Of a stretch of DNA of 64,000 bases, positions 18,970 to 28,140 are shown piece by piece (position 1 is the stretch's first letter; every line of letters begins with the position of its first letter). The notes below the pieces were generated by a model. The model had not been told where the DNA came from and searched no databases. It was given only the letters and a program-made list of their open reading frames with translations. The translations under genes and the position numbers were made by a program. Where the stretch lies: NCBI GenBank assembly GCA_965232515.1, contig CBDDPY010000002.1, positions 7,232,001 to 7,296,000 on the forward strand, in the 5' to 3' direction. Source of the stretch: Alphaproteobacteria bacterium. Its GTDB lineage: Bacteria > Pseudomonadota > Alphaproteobacteria > GCA-2731375.

Positions 18970-21900
18970 ATGCGCAAGCAACGTTCGAGAATCCTGACCT
19001 GGTTCAGTCGCTTTGTTGGAGCGCTGTGGCTTGCTGTCGCCGTTGGTCAATCCGCGCCGGCACAGGTAGAAGTCGAAAAACCCCTGGAGTTGCAAGCGCT
19101 TCTGCTGTTGAGCCAATCCAAGTTCGCTGACGCCGAGGCTGTGATCCAGAATCTGTTGGCGCGTCAGACGGCACGGCTCGGCGCGGACGCCGCGCCGCTT
19201 GCAAAGACCCTGAACATGCTCGGCGTGACCCAGCGACGGTTGGGCAATAACAAGGCAGCGCTCGGCGTCCTTGAGCGAGCGCTGCAAATCCGCGAGCGGA
19301 ATTTGCCGCCCATCCATCCGGATCTCGCGGTGACGCTGACCAACCTGGGCGCGGTCTACAAGGATCTCAATCGGCCGGCGGATGCCGAGGCGGCCTATGT
19401 CAGGGCGTTGGCAATCCGCGACGACGCGGCGAACCCCGACCCGAAGCAGCTGGGGCTGATCCTGAACGAGCTCGGCCTGACCCTGTTCCGCCAGGGCAAG
19501 TTCGACGCGGCGGAAGCGCGCCAGCGACGAGCCTTGGCGCTGCGCGAGGCGGCGCTCGGTCCGGCGCACAAAGATGTCGCCGCGAGCCGCAACAACCTTG
19601 CCGCGACGCTGACCGAGCAGGGCCGGTTCGACGAGGCCGAGGCGCTGTTGACGGCCTCGGTCGAGGCGATGGAGGCATCCTTTGGCCCGACACATCCGAC
19701 GCTGGTCGCGCCGCTGAACAATCTCGGCAACCTCTATATGGAGCGCGGGCTGCTGGCCCAGGCCGAGCCGTTCTACACGCGCACCGGCGGCATCGTGCGC
19801 GACAGCTTCGGCACCGATCATCCGATCCATGCGAGCTATCAGATCGGTCTCGCCGGCGTGTTCGGCGAATATGCTCGGATCGAGGACGCGGCGCAGATGT
19901 ACCGCGAGGCCATCGGCACCTATGAGCGCGTGTTGGGGCCGGACAGCCTGCAGGTCGCCGGGGCGATCAACAACTTCGCGACGACCTATATCTCCCACGG
20001 GCGCTATGACGAGGCGCAGCCGCTGCTCGAGCGGGCGCGCGAGATCTACGAGATGACGCTCGGCCCAGATCATCCGGATGTCAGCTTTCCGCTGGCCAAT
20101 CTGGGCTTCATCCGCAGCGAGCAGCAGGAATATGGCGCGGCGGATTTCTTCTATGGCAAGGCGCTGGAGATCCGCGAGGCGGCATACGGTCCGGCGCATC
20201 CGCAGGTCGCCGGCGCGCTGCGCGATCTCGGCCTTAACGCGCTTGAGCAGGACGACCTGGCGACCGCCGAGGACTATCTGACCCGCGCGCGGTCGGTGTT
20301 CGAGGCGACGGTCGGCACGGACTCGCCGCTGCTGTCGACGACCGTGCTGGGGCTTGGCCGGTTGCGGGCGGCGCAGGGGCGGTTCGAAGAGGCCGAGCGC
20401 CTGTTCGAGCGCGCGCTGGACCTGACCCGGGAGACGTTCGGTGACGACCATCCCAGTTTCGCCCACGCATTGTCGCGCATGGCCGAGGCCTATGTCGCGC
20501 AAGGCCAACTGGATATCGGTCTGCGCGCGGCGCGTGCGGCAACCGAGGTGATGCGTGGCCGCGCCGACCGCATGCGCAGCAGCCGCTCGCGCGCGGCGCA
20601 GAACGAGCTGACCGCCGCGCGCGATCTGTTCGCGACGCATGTGGCGGCAATCGCCGATCGGTTGCCGGGTGCCGACGATGATGCGACGGCGCTGATCGCC
20701 GAAGCTTTCCAGGTGGCGCAGCTGGCGCGGGCCAGCAAGGCCTCCACGGCCGTGGCGGCGATGGCGGCGCGGTTCGCCGCCGGCGATGACGCGCTTGCCC
20801 GGGCGGTCCGCGAACGCCAGGACACGCTCGCCTTCTGGCGCAATGTCGATCGCCGCCTCATCGACGCCTTGAGCCGGGAAGGCGTCGAGCGCGATCTGGC
20901 GCTGGAGAGGCGGTTGCGGGAGCGGCGCGATGCGCTGTTGGCCGAGTTGACGGCGCGGGATCGCGCGCTGGCGACAGAGTTTCCGTCCTATGTCGAACTT
21001 ACCGGCGCGGAGCCGCTCGATCCGGCCGGCGTGCAGGCGCTGCTCGGTCCGGACGAGGCGTTGATGGGCCTGTTCGTCACGCCGGATGCGACCCATGTCT
21101 GGATCGTGCGCCGGCAGGGGGTGTTCATGTTCCGCGCCGAGATCGACGAAGCCGAGATCGTCGAGTTGGTGGCGGCGATCCGCGAGACCGTCGATCCCTT
21201 CGAGGTCGCGCGGACGGGCGTGCTGCCGACGTTTGCCGTTAAGGAGGCGCATACGCTCTATCGTCGGATCTTCGCGCCGGCGGAAGCGGAGCTGTCGGGC
21301 ATTCGCCACCTCTTCGTGGTGCCGGACGGCGCGCTGCAAAGCCTGCCGCTGGGCGTTCTGATAACCGAACCGCCGGATAAATCGGTGGGCGGTCTGGCGG
21401 ACTATCGCGATCTTGCCTGGCTGGCCACGCGCCGGGCGACCACGGTGCTGCCGTCGGTCGCCTCGCTGCGCGCGCTGCGGCGCTTCGTCCAGCGTTCGCA
21501 AGCAAAGCGGCCATTCATCGGCTACGGCGATCCGACCCTCTCCGGCGATGCCGGTTCGACGCGGGGCATCGAGGTTCGGGCGCTGTTCACGCGGGGCGGC
21601 TACGCCAATGTCGACGTGCTGCGTCAACTGAGCCCGCTGCCCGATACCGCCGACGAGCTGCGGGCACTGGCCCAGACCATGGGCGCGGCGGAGGGCGCCT
21701 TGCGGCTGGGCGCGGCGGCGACGGAATCGTCCGTGCGCAGCGATTCGCTGGCCGACTACCGCATCATCGCCTTCGCCACCCATGGACTGGCGGCCGGCGA
21801 TTTCGAAGACGTATCGGAACCCGCCCTGGTGTTGACGCCGCCGGCGGAAGCGAGCCTGGCCGACGACGGCCTGCTGACGGCAAGCGAGATCACGCAGCTT

Positions 21901-22239
21901 CCGCTCGATGCGGACTGGGTCATCCTGTCGGCCTGCAACACGGCGGCGCCCGACGGCACACCCGGCGCCGAAGGCCTGTCGGGATTGGCCAAAGCGTTTT
22001 TCTTTGCCGGCACGCGGTCGCTTTTGGTGTCGCATTGGCCGGTCGCGTCGGACGCCACGCGGGAGCTGACGACGACGATGCTTTCGGAAGCGATGGGGGA
22101 CGAGTCCGTCGGCAGGGCCGAGGCGTTGCGGCGGTCGATCCTGCGGCTGATGTCGCTGGAAACGCGGCCGGAATATGCCCACCCGTTGTTCTGGGCGCCG
22201 TTCGTCGTTGTGGGCGAGGGCGGTGTCGCCTCGGGCTAG
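18970..22239 (+). CDS. Secreted TPR-repeat CHAT-domain (caspase-like, clan CD) protein
   Basis: Signal-like N-terminus, about 10 kinesin-light-chain-type TPRs (GP-HP-VA--LNNL), VVPDGAL, catalytic ATHG and LSACNT, SHWPV and HPLFWAPF. Confidence 0.9.
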   Translation: MRKQRSRILTWFSRFVGALWLAVAVGQSAPAQVEVEKPLELQALLLLSQSKFADAEAVIQNLLARQTARLGADAAPLAKTLNMLGVTQRRLGNNKAALGVLERALQIRERNLPPIHPDLAVTLTNLGAVYKDLNRPADAEAAYVRALAIRDDAANPDPKQLGLILNELGLTLFRQGKFDAAEARQRRALALREAALGPAHKDVAASRNNLAATLTEQGRFDEAEALLTASVEAMEASFGPTHPTLVAPLNNLGNLYMERGLLAQAEPFYTRTGGIVRDSFGTDHPIHASYQIGLAGVFGEYARIEDAAQMYREAIGTYERVLGPDSLQVAGAINNFATTYISHGRYDEAQPLLERAREIYEMTLGPDHPDVSFPLANLGFIRSEQQEYGAADFFYGKALEIREAAYGPAHPQVAGALRDLGLNALEQDDLATAEDYLTRARSVFEATVGTDSPLLSTTVLGLGRLRAAQGRFEEAERLFERALDLTRETFGDDHPSFAHALSRMAEAYVAQGQLDIGLRAARAATEVMRGRADRMRSSRSRAAQNELTAARDLFATHVAAIADRLPGADDDATALIAEAFQVAQLARASKASTAVAAMAARFAAGDDALARAVRERQDTLAFWRNVDRRLIDALSREGVERDLALERRLRERRDALLAELTARDRALATEFPSYVELTGAEPLDPAGVQALLGPDEALMGLFVTPDATHVWIVRRQGVFMFRAEIDEAEIVELVAAIRETVDPFEVARTGVLPTFAVKEAHTLYRRIFAPAEAELSGIRHLFVVPDGALQSLPLGVLITEPPDKSVGGLADYRDLAWLATRRATTVLPSVASLRALRRFVQRSQAKRPFIGYGDPTLSGDAGSTRGIEVRALFTRGGYANVDVLRQLSPLPDTADELRALAQTMGAAEGALRLGAAATESSVRSDSLADYRIIAFATHGLAAGDFEDVSEPALVLTPPAEASLADDGLLTASEITQLPLDADWVILSACNTAAPDGTPGAEGLSGLAKAFFFAGTRSLLVSHWPVASDATRELTTTMLSEAMGDESVGRAEALRRSILRLMSLETRPEYAHPLFWAPFVVVGEGGVASG

Positions 22240-22243
22240 TCGT

Positions 22244-25200
22244 CTACTGCCAGGGCGAGCGATTGAAATCCCTGAGCCCGGGATACGCCGTGTCGGCGCC
22301 GGACAGCGGTTCGACCAGGCGATAGTCCCGGCTGAACTGGGCGGCCGACGTCGCGGCGAGGCCTGGATCTTCGCTTCGACCGCCATCGGTTGGCGAGGTC
22401 GACGCATATAGGGCGGTGATGCGGATCGTGGCCTCGGCGTCATCAGCCGGTTCACCGGCGCTCGCCGCCGTGGCGCGATCGCCGTCGCCGGTCTCGGTAT
22501 CTTCGTCGTCTTCGTTGTTGGCGGCGCCGGAGGCGCCGCTGGCGGGCTCGATTGCCGCTGCCTCCTGCGGCGACAGCTCCTGATCCGGATTGCGGTCGGG
22601 CGTACCGAAGCTGTCGGCGATCTGCACCGGCCCTGGCGCGGTATCGCCGGCCGCGAAGCCGCTGCCGCCTTCACGCACCTCGGTGCCGCTGCGCGCGGCG
22701 ACGACAATGGTTCCACCGCCGCCGGTGCCGCCCGGCTGGGCGACAACCGTGGTGCCGGAGTCCTCGGCTTGCTTGGCAAGCGCGATCAGGGCGCGCGCCT
22801 CTTCGACCGAGAGGCCGAGTTGCGCCGCCAGATCCTGCTCGCTGCTGATCGTGATCGGCACCGGCACGATGTCCCTGCCACCGAAACCGAAGTCGGCCTG
22901 GGGTTCGGGCGGCGTGGTGATGGTGGTGCGGGTGATGACGAAGTTTTCGAGGTTCAGGATGTCGATGCCGTTGAAGAAAAACGGTCCGCGCAGCGAGTCG
23001 TCGTTGATCAGAAAGATGTCGATCAGGCGCGCGCCGCCGATGCCGCTGTCGCCGCCGACGCTGCCCTTGAGGTCGGCGGTGCTGGTGCCGGACACCCGCA
23101 GGCTCTGCGTGGTGACCGAGGCGTTGATGTCCTGAGTGGTGATCAATTCGCTGACGCCGCCGGCGGCCACGGTCGCGGTGATGCCACTGCCCCCGGTCAG
23201 CGTCACTTTACCCGTAGCATTGACCTCGGCATTGATGCGCTCGGATGAATTGAGGCTGACCTGGCTCAGATTTGGATCCGCGCCGGTGCTGTCGTAACGG
23301 CCGATGATATTGCCGCCGCTGACGGTCAACCCCGTGGTCGCCGTCGCATTGACATCGATGTCGCCGGTCATGTCGATCAGGATGCTGCTGGCCGACTGCA
23401 GATCGCCATCGAGGTCGGCCGCGCCGCGGATGCTGATGCCGCCGGTCGCGTCGAGGCCGCTACTTGCGCCGCGGCCGAGCGAGATCCGCCGGCTCGCCGT
23501 CAGGCTCGTGCCGGTGACGCTGGCGCCCTGGTTGAACAGGATGTCGCGGGCGCTAAAGACGCCGATGAACGGCCGCGTGCCACTGCCGACCGCGCCATTG
23601 AAGATAACGTCGTTGCCGCCGGCCACCGTCGACAGCGACGCAGGGCCGTCAACGGCGCCATTGAAGACGACGGGCCCCTGCGTCACTTGCAGTGACGCCG
23701 TGTTCAACAGGCTGACATCGCCATTGAAGGTGACGCCGCCGCCGGTGGCGAATGCCAGGCTGCCGCCGGCCGCATCGAACAGGATGGGGCCGGCGAAGCT
23801 GGAGTCGGTGTCGCCGGCCTGCAGGGTGACATCGTCTCGGAAGCGCACGGCGCCCGAAGCGGTGATGCCGGAGCGCGCGAAGAGCTGGCCGTTGAAGACG
23901 GTTTCGCCCTGGGACCGCAGGTCGAGCGCCGCGCCGGCGCCGGTGCCGATCTGCACCAGGAATGTGTCGCCACCGGAAACGAAGCGGCCGACATCGGCGT
24001 TGAACACCGTATCGGCGGTGCCGGAATCGATGGTCACGTTCTGGATGCCCTGCAGCACGCCGTTGACGACGATCTGGTCGTTCGATGTCGCGATGGTCGC
24101 CGGCCCGAGCAGCACGGTGATGCGGTCCTCGGCGCCGCTGCCGAGCGTCAGCGGGCCGTTTGCCGTCAACGCGGCGTCCAGCAGTCGGACATCGCCGGCG
24201 AACGAAACGCCGGCAGTGCCGCTGTCCAGCGACCGGGTGCCGGCAAGGTTGACCGGCCCGGCAAAAGCGATGACGTCGTTGCTGGTGGTGATGTCCGACG
24301 CGAGCGACGTGGTGCCGCCGCCATCCTGATGGAAAGCGCCGTCGAGGTTCAGGTCGGCGACGATCGACAGGTCGCCGGTATTGCCGATACGAACACCGCC
24401 GCCATTGCTGGTCGTCACGCCGGCATTGATGTCGAAGGCGTTGCCGGCAAGGTCGATGCCGGCGGCGCCGCTGGTGTTCAAGGTGCCGGCGAAGGTCGTC
24501 GTGCCGCTGCCGGCGGCCTGGCGCAGGCTGCCGGCCGTCACGGCGTTCAAGTTCACGTCGCGGGCGCTGTTGATGGTCAGCGCGCCGAGCCGGGCGATGC
24601 CGCCGGCCGCGGCCTGGAGGGCGATATCTCCCGCGCCCGCCGTCAGGGCGAGGTTCTGACCGCCGTCGAGCGTGTCGGCGAACGTGATGTCGCCGCCGCT
24701 GCTGTTCAGCGCCGCGGCGCTGGTCAACGAAACAGCGCTGGCGAAGCTGATGGCGTCGCCTGTGGTGGCGATATTGCCGGCAAGCGACACGCCGCCGGCG
24801 CCGTCCTGTGCGAACGCGCCGTCCAGATCGAGATCGGTCGCGGGGCCGAAGCTGAGCGTGCCCGCATTGGTGATGCGCATACCGCCGCCGTTGCTTGCCG
24901 TGACACCGACGTTGATAGCGAAGGCATTGCCGTCGAGATCGACGCCGCTGCCCGTGTTTGTGTTGAGCGCGCCGTTGAAGGTGGTGGTGCCACTGCCAGC
25001 GACCTGCCGCAGGCTGGCCGCCCGGACGGACGTCGTGCTGACATTGCGGGCACTGTTGATCGTGACCGCGCCCACGCGGTTGCTGCCGCCGACCGCCGAC
25101 TGGAACGTGATGTCGCCGCCGCCCGCCGTCAGCGCGATGTTGCGGTTGCCGTTCAGCGTATTCGCGAAATCGATATCGCCGCCGCCTGTGCTGAGCGCGA

Positions 25201-27934
25201 CATTGCCGGTAAGCGTAACCGGTCCGGCAAAGCCGATGGCATCGCCGGTTGTCGTAATGTCGCCGGCGAGCGACACCGCGCCGGTGCCGTCCTGCGCGAA
25301 GGCGCCGTCGAGGTTGAGATCGGCGGCTGCGCCGAGGCTCAGATTGCCGCTGTTGGTGATGCGGATGCCGCCATCGTTGCTGGTTGACGCGCCGGCAGTG
25401 AGAGCGAAGGCATTGCCGTCGAGATCGATGCCGGCGCTGCCGTTGGTGTTGAGCGCGCCGTCGAATCTTGTCGTGCCGCTCCCCGCGACCTGGCGCAGGC
25501 TCGCCGCCCGGATCGAGGTTGAGGTGACGTCGCGGGCGCTATTGACCGTCAGCGCCGCCAACCGGCTATTGCCGCCAGCGGCGGCTTGGAAGTCGATGTC
25601 GCCGCTGCCGGCTGTCAGCGCCAGGTTTTGACCGCCGTCGAGCGTGCCGGCGAAGGTAATGTTGCCGCCGCCGCTACCGGTGTCGAGCGCAACATTGCCC
25701 GTCAGTGTCACGGGACCGGTAAAGCTTATGGCGTCGCCCGTCGTTGTGATGTCGCCAGCCAGCGAGACGGCGCCGGCGGCGGTCTGGGCGAAGGCGCCAT
25801 CCAGATTCAGGTCGGCCGCCGCCGCGATGGTCAGGTTGCCACTGTTGGCGATGCGAACGCCGCCGCCATTGCCGGTGCTGATGCCCGCGTTAAGCGCGAA
25901 GGCATTGCCGGTGAGGTTGACGCCGGCCCCGGTATTGGTGTTCAGCGCGCCGTTGAATGTCGTGGTGCCACTGCCTGCGACCTGACGCAGGCTGGTCGCC
26001 GTGATCGCGTTGGCCGTGACATTGCGGGCGCTGTCGATCCGCAGCGCGTCCAAGCGGCTGCTGCTGCCGACCGTGCCTTGCAGGGCGATATCGCCGCCGC
26101 CGGCCGCCAGCGTCAGATCCTGGCCGCCATTCAGCGTGCCGGCAAAGGTGATGTCGCCGCCGTCGCTGGCGATCGTCACGTTGTCGTTCAACGTGGCCGG
26201 GCCGCTCACCGTCACGTCGGCATTCGATGTGGTGATGTCGGCGCCCAATGCGATGCTGCCGCTGCCGCCGTTCACATCGAGCGCGACGGCGCCGCCGGAC
26301 TGGTTGCCGCCCGCCGTGTCGAGCGCGGCATTGACGGCGATCGAGCCGTTCGCCTGGGTTGTGCCGGGGTCGTTGGCGCTGAGCGTGATGTCGCCCCCGC
26401 GCGTGGTGATGCCGGCGTTGACCGTGATATTACGGCCGGCCTGCGCCGTCAGGCCGGCGCCGTTGGTCGTCAAGTTGACGGCGTCGTCGATGGTGATGTC
26501 CTCGGTCGCCTGCAGCACGACGCTCGCCATCACCGCGTCCAGCGTCGCGGGCGCAATCACCAGCGCCGCGTCGGGATCGTCGCCAAAGGCGTCGACATCG
26601 CCGGCCGCGGCCGCACCGCCAGCCTTGACGGTGATGTTGCGCGGGTCGAGCAGCAGCGTGCCGGCCGCGCCAGCCGGCGCGCTGGCATCGACCGCACCGG
26701 CGAATTGCAGGCGTTCCTTACCGGAGACCTCGACGAAGCCGCCGTCGCCGCCGGCCGCGCCGCCCCGGGCGCTGACGGTGCCGCGGAACCGCGTGGTGTC
26801 GTCGGCCCAGATCACGACATCGCCACCATGGCCGGCGTCGAGCGCGTCGGCTTCGATCCGGGCGGTGGCCGCGATCAACGTGGTCTCGGCCTGCCGATCC
26901 GGTCCCTGCCCGTGCAGGTCGCCGCCGATCTTGACGCTTCCGCCGCCGGCCCGGCCCGAGGCCAGCACAACCGTGTCGTCGGCGAGCGAAACCCGCCGGC
27001 CGCGGACCTCGACCCGGCCACCCGTGGTGCCGGCGGCCTGGCCCGAGACGTCGAGCCGGCCCGCGACGCGCGTCTCGCCGTTGCCGCCGCGCAGGCGGAT
27101 CACGCCATTGCTGCTGGCGACGCTGCGGGCCTCGATCACACCGGTCATGTTGATGGCCTGGTCGAAGGCCGATTTCACGGCCTCAGCGCTCAACGTCACC
27201 ACGCCGCCGTCGGCGGCGATCAACCCGTCGTTGACGATGCGCGCGCCGTCACCGCCGGACGGCGCCTCGGTCAGCATCACTTCGACCAGGCTGTCGCCGT
27301 AGGGATCGAGGGTGAAGGCCTCACCCGAGGCCAGCGTCACGCGGCCGAGGCGCGCGCGGATCTGACCGGTATTGGCGACCCAGGGCGCCACCATCGCCAC
27401 CAGTCCGTGATCGGCGACGGTGATCTCGCCCTCGTTGCGGACAATCGCGTCGGGTTGCCCCGGCAGGTCGAACACGAACCGACCGGCCATGGCGTCCGAA
27501 TTGCGGATATCGGCGGTGGAGGCGACCAGGCCGGCGACGTCGATCCGGGCGCTGGGACTGAAGATGACGCCGTGCGGATTGATCAGCATGACCGTGCCGT
27601 TTGCCGTCAACCGGCCGTGGATCTGCGACGCGCCGCCGGCCGTGACACGGTTGAGGGCGACGGCGCTGCTGGAGGGTTGGGCGAAGTTGGTGTGCTCGTC
27701 GGCGCCGATATCGAAGGACCGCCAGTCGATGACCGCGCGCGGCGTATGCTGGATCACGTCGAGACGCTTCGGCCCGGTCTCGACAATGGTCGCGCTGCCG
27801 CCGACGACCTGGCCGCCCTGCGGATTGGCGAGCGCTGTCGTCGACAACAGGAAGCCGACCAGCGACACCGTCAGCGCTTTACGCCGGAGCAGTGTGTGCG
27901 ATCCACCAGCAAATGACGTCGGTCGTATTAACAA
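22244..27934 (-). CDS. Two-partner secretion TpsA, filamentous haemagglutinin-like exoprotein
   Basis: ANPQGGQVVGG, IDWRSFDIG, LNRV, LINPHGV TPS domain; GGFVEVSG and GTLLLDP; beta-helical G/T/A/N-rich repeats. Confidence 0.92.
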   Translation of the reverse strand: MLIRPTSFAGGSHTLLRRKALTVSLVGFLLSTTALANPQGGQVVGGSATIVETGPKRLDVIQHTPRAVIDWRSFDIGADEHTNFAQPSSSAVALNRVTAGGASQIHGRLTANGTVMLINPHGVIFSPSARIDVAGLVASTADIRNSDAMAGRFVFDLPGQPDAIVRNEGEITVADHGLVAMVAPWVANTGQIRARLGRVTLASGEAFTLDPYGDSLVEVMLTEAPSGGDGARIVNDGLIAADGGVVTLSAEAVKSAFDQAINMTGVIEARSVASSNGVIRLRGGNGETRVAGRLDVSGQAAGTTGGRVEVRGRRVSLADDTVVLASGRAGGGSVKIGGDLHGQGPDRQAETTLIAATARIEADALDAGHGGDVVIWADDTTRFRGTVSARGGAAGGDGGFVEVSGKERLQFAGAVDASAPAGAAGTLLLDPRNITVKAGGAAAAGDVDAFGDDPDAALVIAPATLDAVMASVVLQATEDITIDDAVNLTTNGAGLTAQAGRNITVNAGITTRGGDITLSANDPGTTQANGSIAVNAALDTAGGNQSGGAVALDVNGGSGSIALGADITTSNADVTVSGPATLNDNVTIASDGGDITFAGTLNGGQDLTLAAGGGDIALQGTVGSSSRLDALRIDSARNVTANAITATSLRQVAGSGTTTFNGALNTNTGAGVNLTGNAFALNAGISTGNGGGVRIANSGNLTIAAAADLNLDGAFAQTAAGAVSLAGDITTTGDAISFTGPVTLTGNVALDTGSGGGNITFAGTLDGGQNLALTAGSGDIDFQAAAGGNSRLAALTVNSARDVTSTSIRAASLRQVAGSGTTRFDGALNTNGSAGIDLDGNAFALTAGASTSNDGGIRITNSGNLSLGAAADLNLDGAFAQDGTGAVSLAGDITTTGDAIGFAGPVTLTGNVALSTGGGDIDFANTLNGNRNIALTAGGGDITFQSAVGGSNRVGAVTINSARNVSTTSVRAASLRQVAGSGTTTFNGALNTNTGSGVDLDGNAFAINVGVTASNGGGMRITNAGTLSFGPATDLDLDGAFAQDGAGGVSLAGNIATTGDAISFASAVSLTSAAALNSSGGDITFADTLDGGQNLALTAGAGDIALQAAAGGIARLGALTINSARDVNLNAVTAGSLRQAAGSGTTTFAGTLNTSGAAGIDLAGNAFDINAGVTTSNGGGVRIGNTGDLSIVADLNLDGAFHQDGGGTTSLASDITTSNDVIAFAGPVNLAGTRSLDSGTAGVSFAGDVRLLDAALTANGPLTLGSGAEDRITVLLGPATIATSNDQIVVNGVLQGIQNVTIDSGTADTVFNADVGRFVSGGDTFLVQIGTGAGAALDLRSQGETVFNGQLFARSGITASGAVRFRDDVTLQAGDTDSSFAGPILFDAAGGSLAFATGGGVTFNGDVSLLNTASLQVTQGPVVFNGAVDGPASLSTVAGGNDVIFNGAVGSGTRPFIGVFSARDILFNQGASVTGTSLTASRRISLGRGASSGLDATGGISIRGAADLDGDLQSASSILIDMTGDIDVNATATTGLTVSGGNIIGRYDSTGADPNLSQVSLNSSERINAEVNATGKVTLTGGSGITATVAAGGVSELITTQDINASVTTQSLRVSGTSTADLKGSVGGDSGIGGARLIDIFLINDDSLRGPFFFNGIDILNLENFVITRTTITTPPEPQADFGFGGRDIVPVPITISSEQDLAAQLGLSVEEARALIALAKQAEDSGTTVVAQPGGTGGGGTIVVAARSGTEVREGGSGFAAGDTAPGPVQIADSFGTPDRNPDQELSPQEAAAIEPASGASGAANNEDDEDTETGDGDRATAASAGEPADDAEATIRITALYASTSPTDGGRSEDPGLAATSAAQFSRDYRLVEPLSGADTAYPGLRDFNRSPWQ
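24200..26170 (-). repeat. Four tandem ~162-164 aa repeats within TpsA
   Basis: The motif SLRQ(V/A)AGSGTT recurs with GCAGGCT anchors at 24529, 25015, 25501 and 25993 (spacing 486, 486, 492 nt). Outer boundaries are approximate. Confidence 0.85.
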
Positions 27935-28140
27935 TGTTTGACGATGCCCGAACTATTGATGGCCGGACGATAGCAGAGTGCGCTGGATTTGAAACGAACT
28001 TTCAACGAAATTCACCCATTTACCGGACAAATTTACCGTAATTACTTCAGGTATTTGTCGCAATTTGGTGAACTGGTAAATGAGATCGGCGCGATGCGCT
28101 GTGACGCCTGAACAATTCGGTCGATTTTCCGACCCTGATG

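Noticed and set aside
18970-22239. CRISPR-associated TPR-CHAT (Craspase) or anti-phage caspase system
   Set aside because: No cas genes or array in the window, and the protein appears to be exported.
18883-22779. 1298-aa minus-strand ORF, and similar long ORFs at 31940-34432, 47521-49437 and 25586-27916
   Set aside because: These are antisense or off-frame shadows of well-supported genes in high-GC DNA. They are Arg/Ala/Pro-rich with no recognisable motifs.
22244-27934. CDI toxin (CdiA)
   Set aside because: No VENN/pre-toxin motif, no recognisable toxin domain, and no room for a downstream immunity gene.
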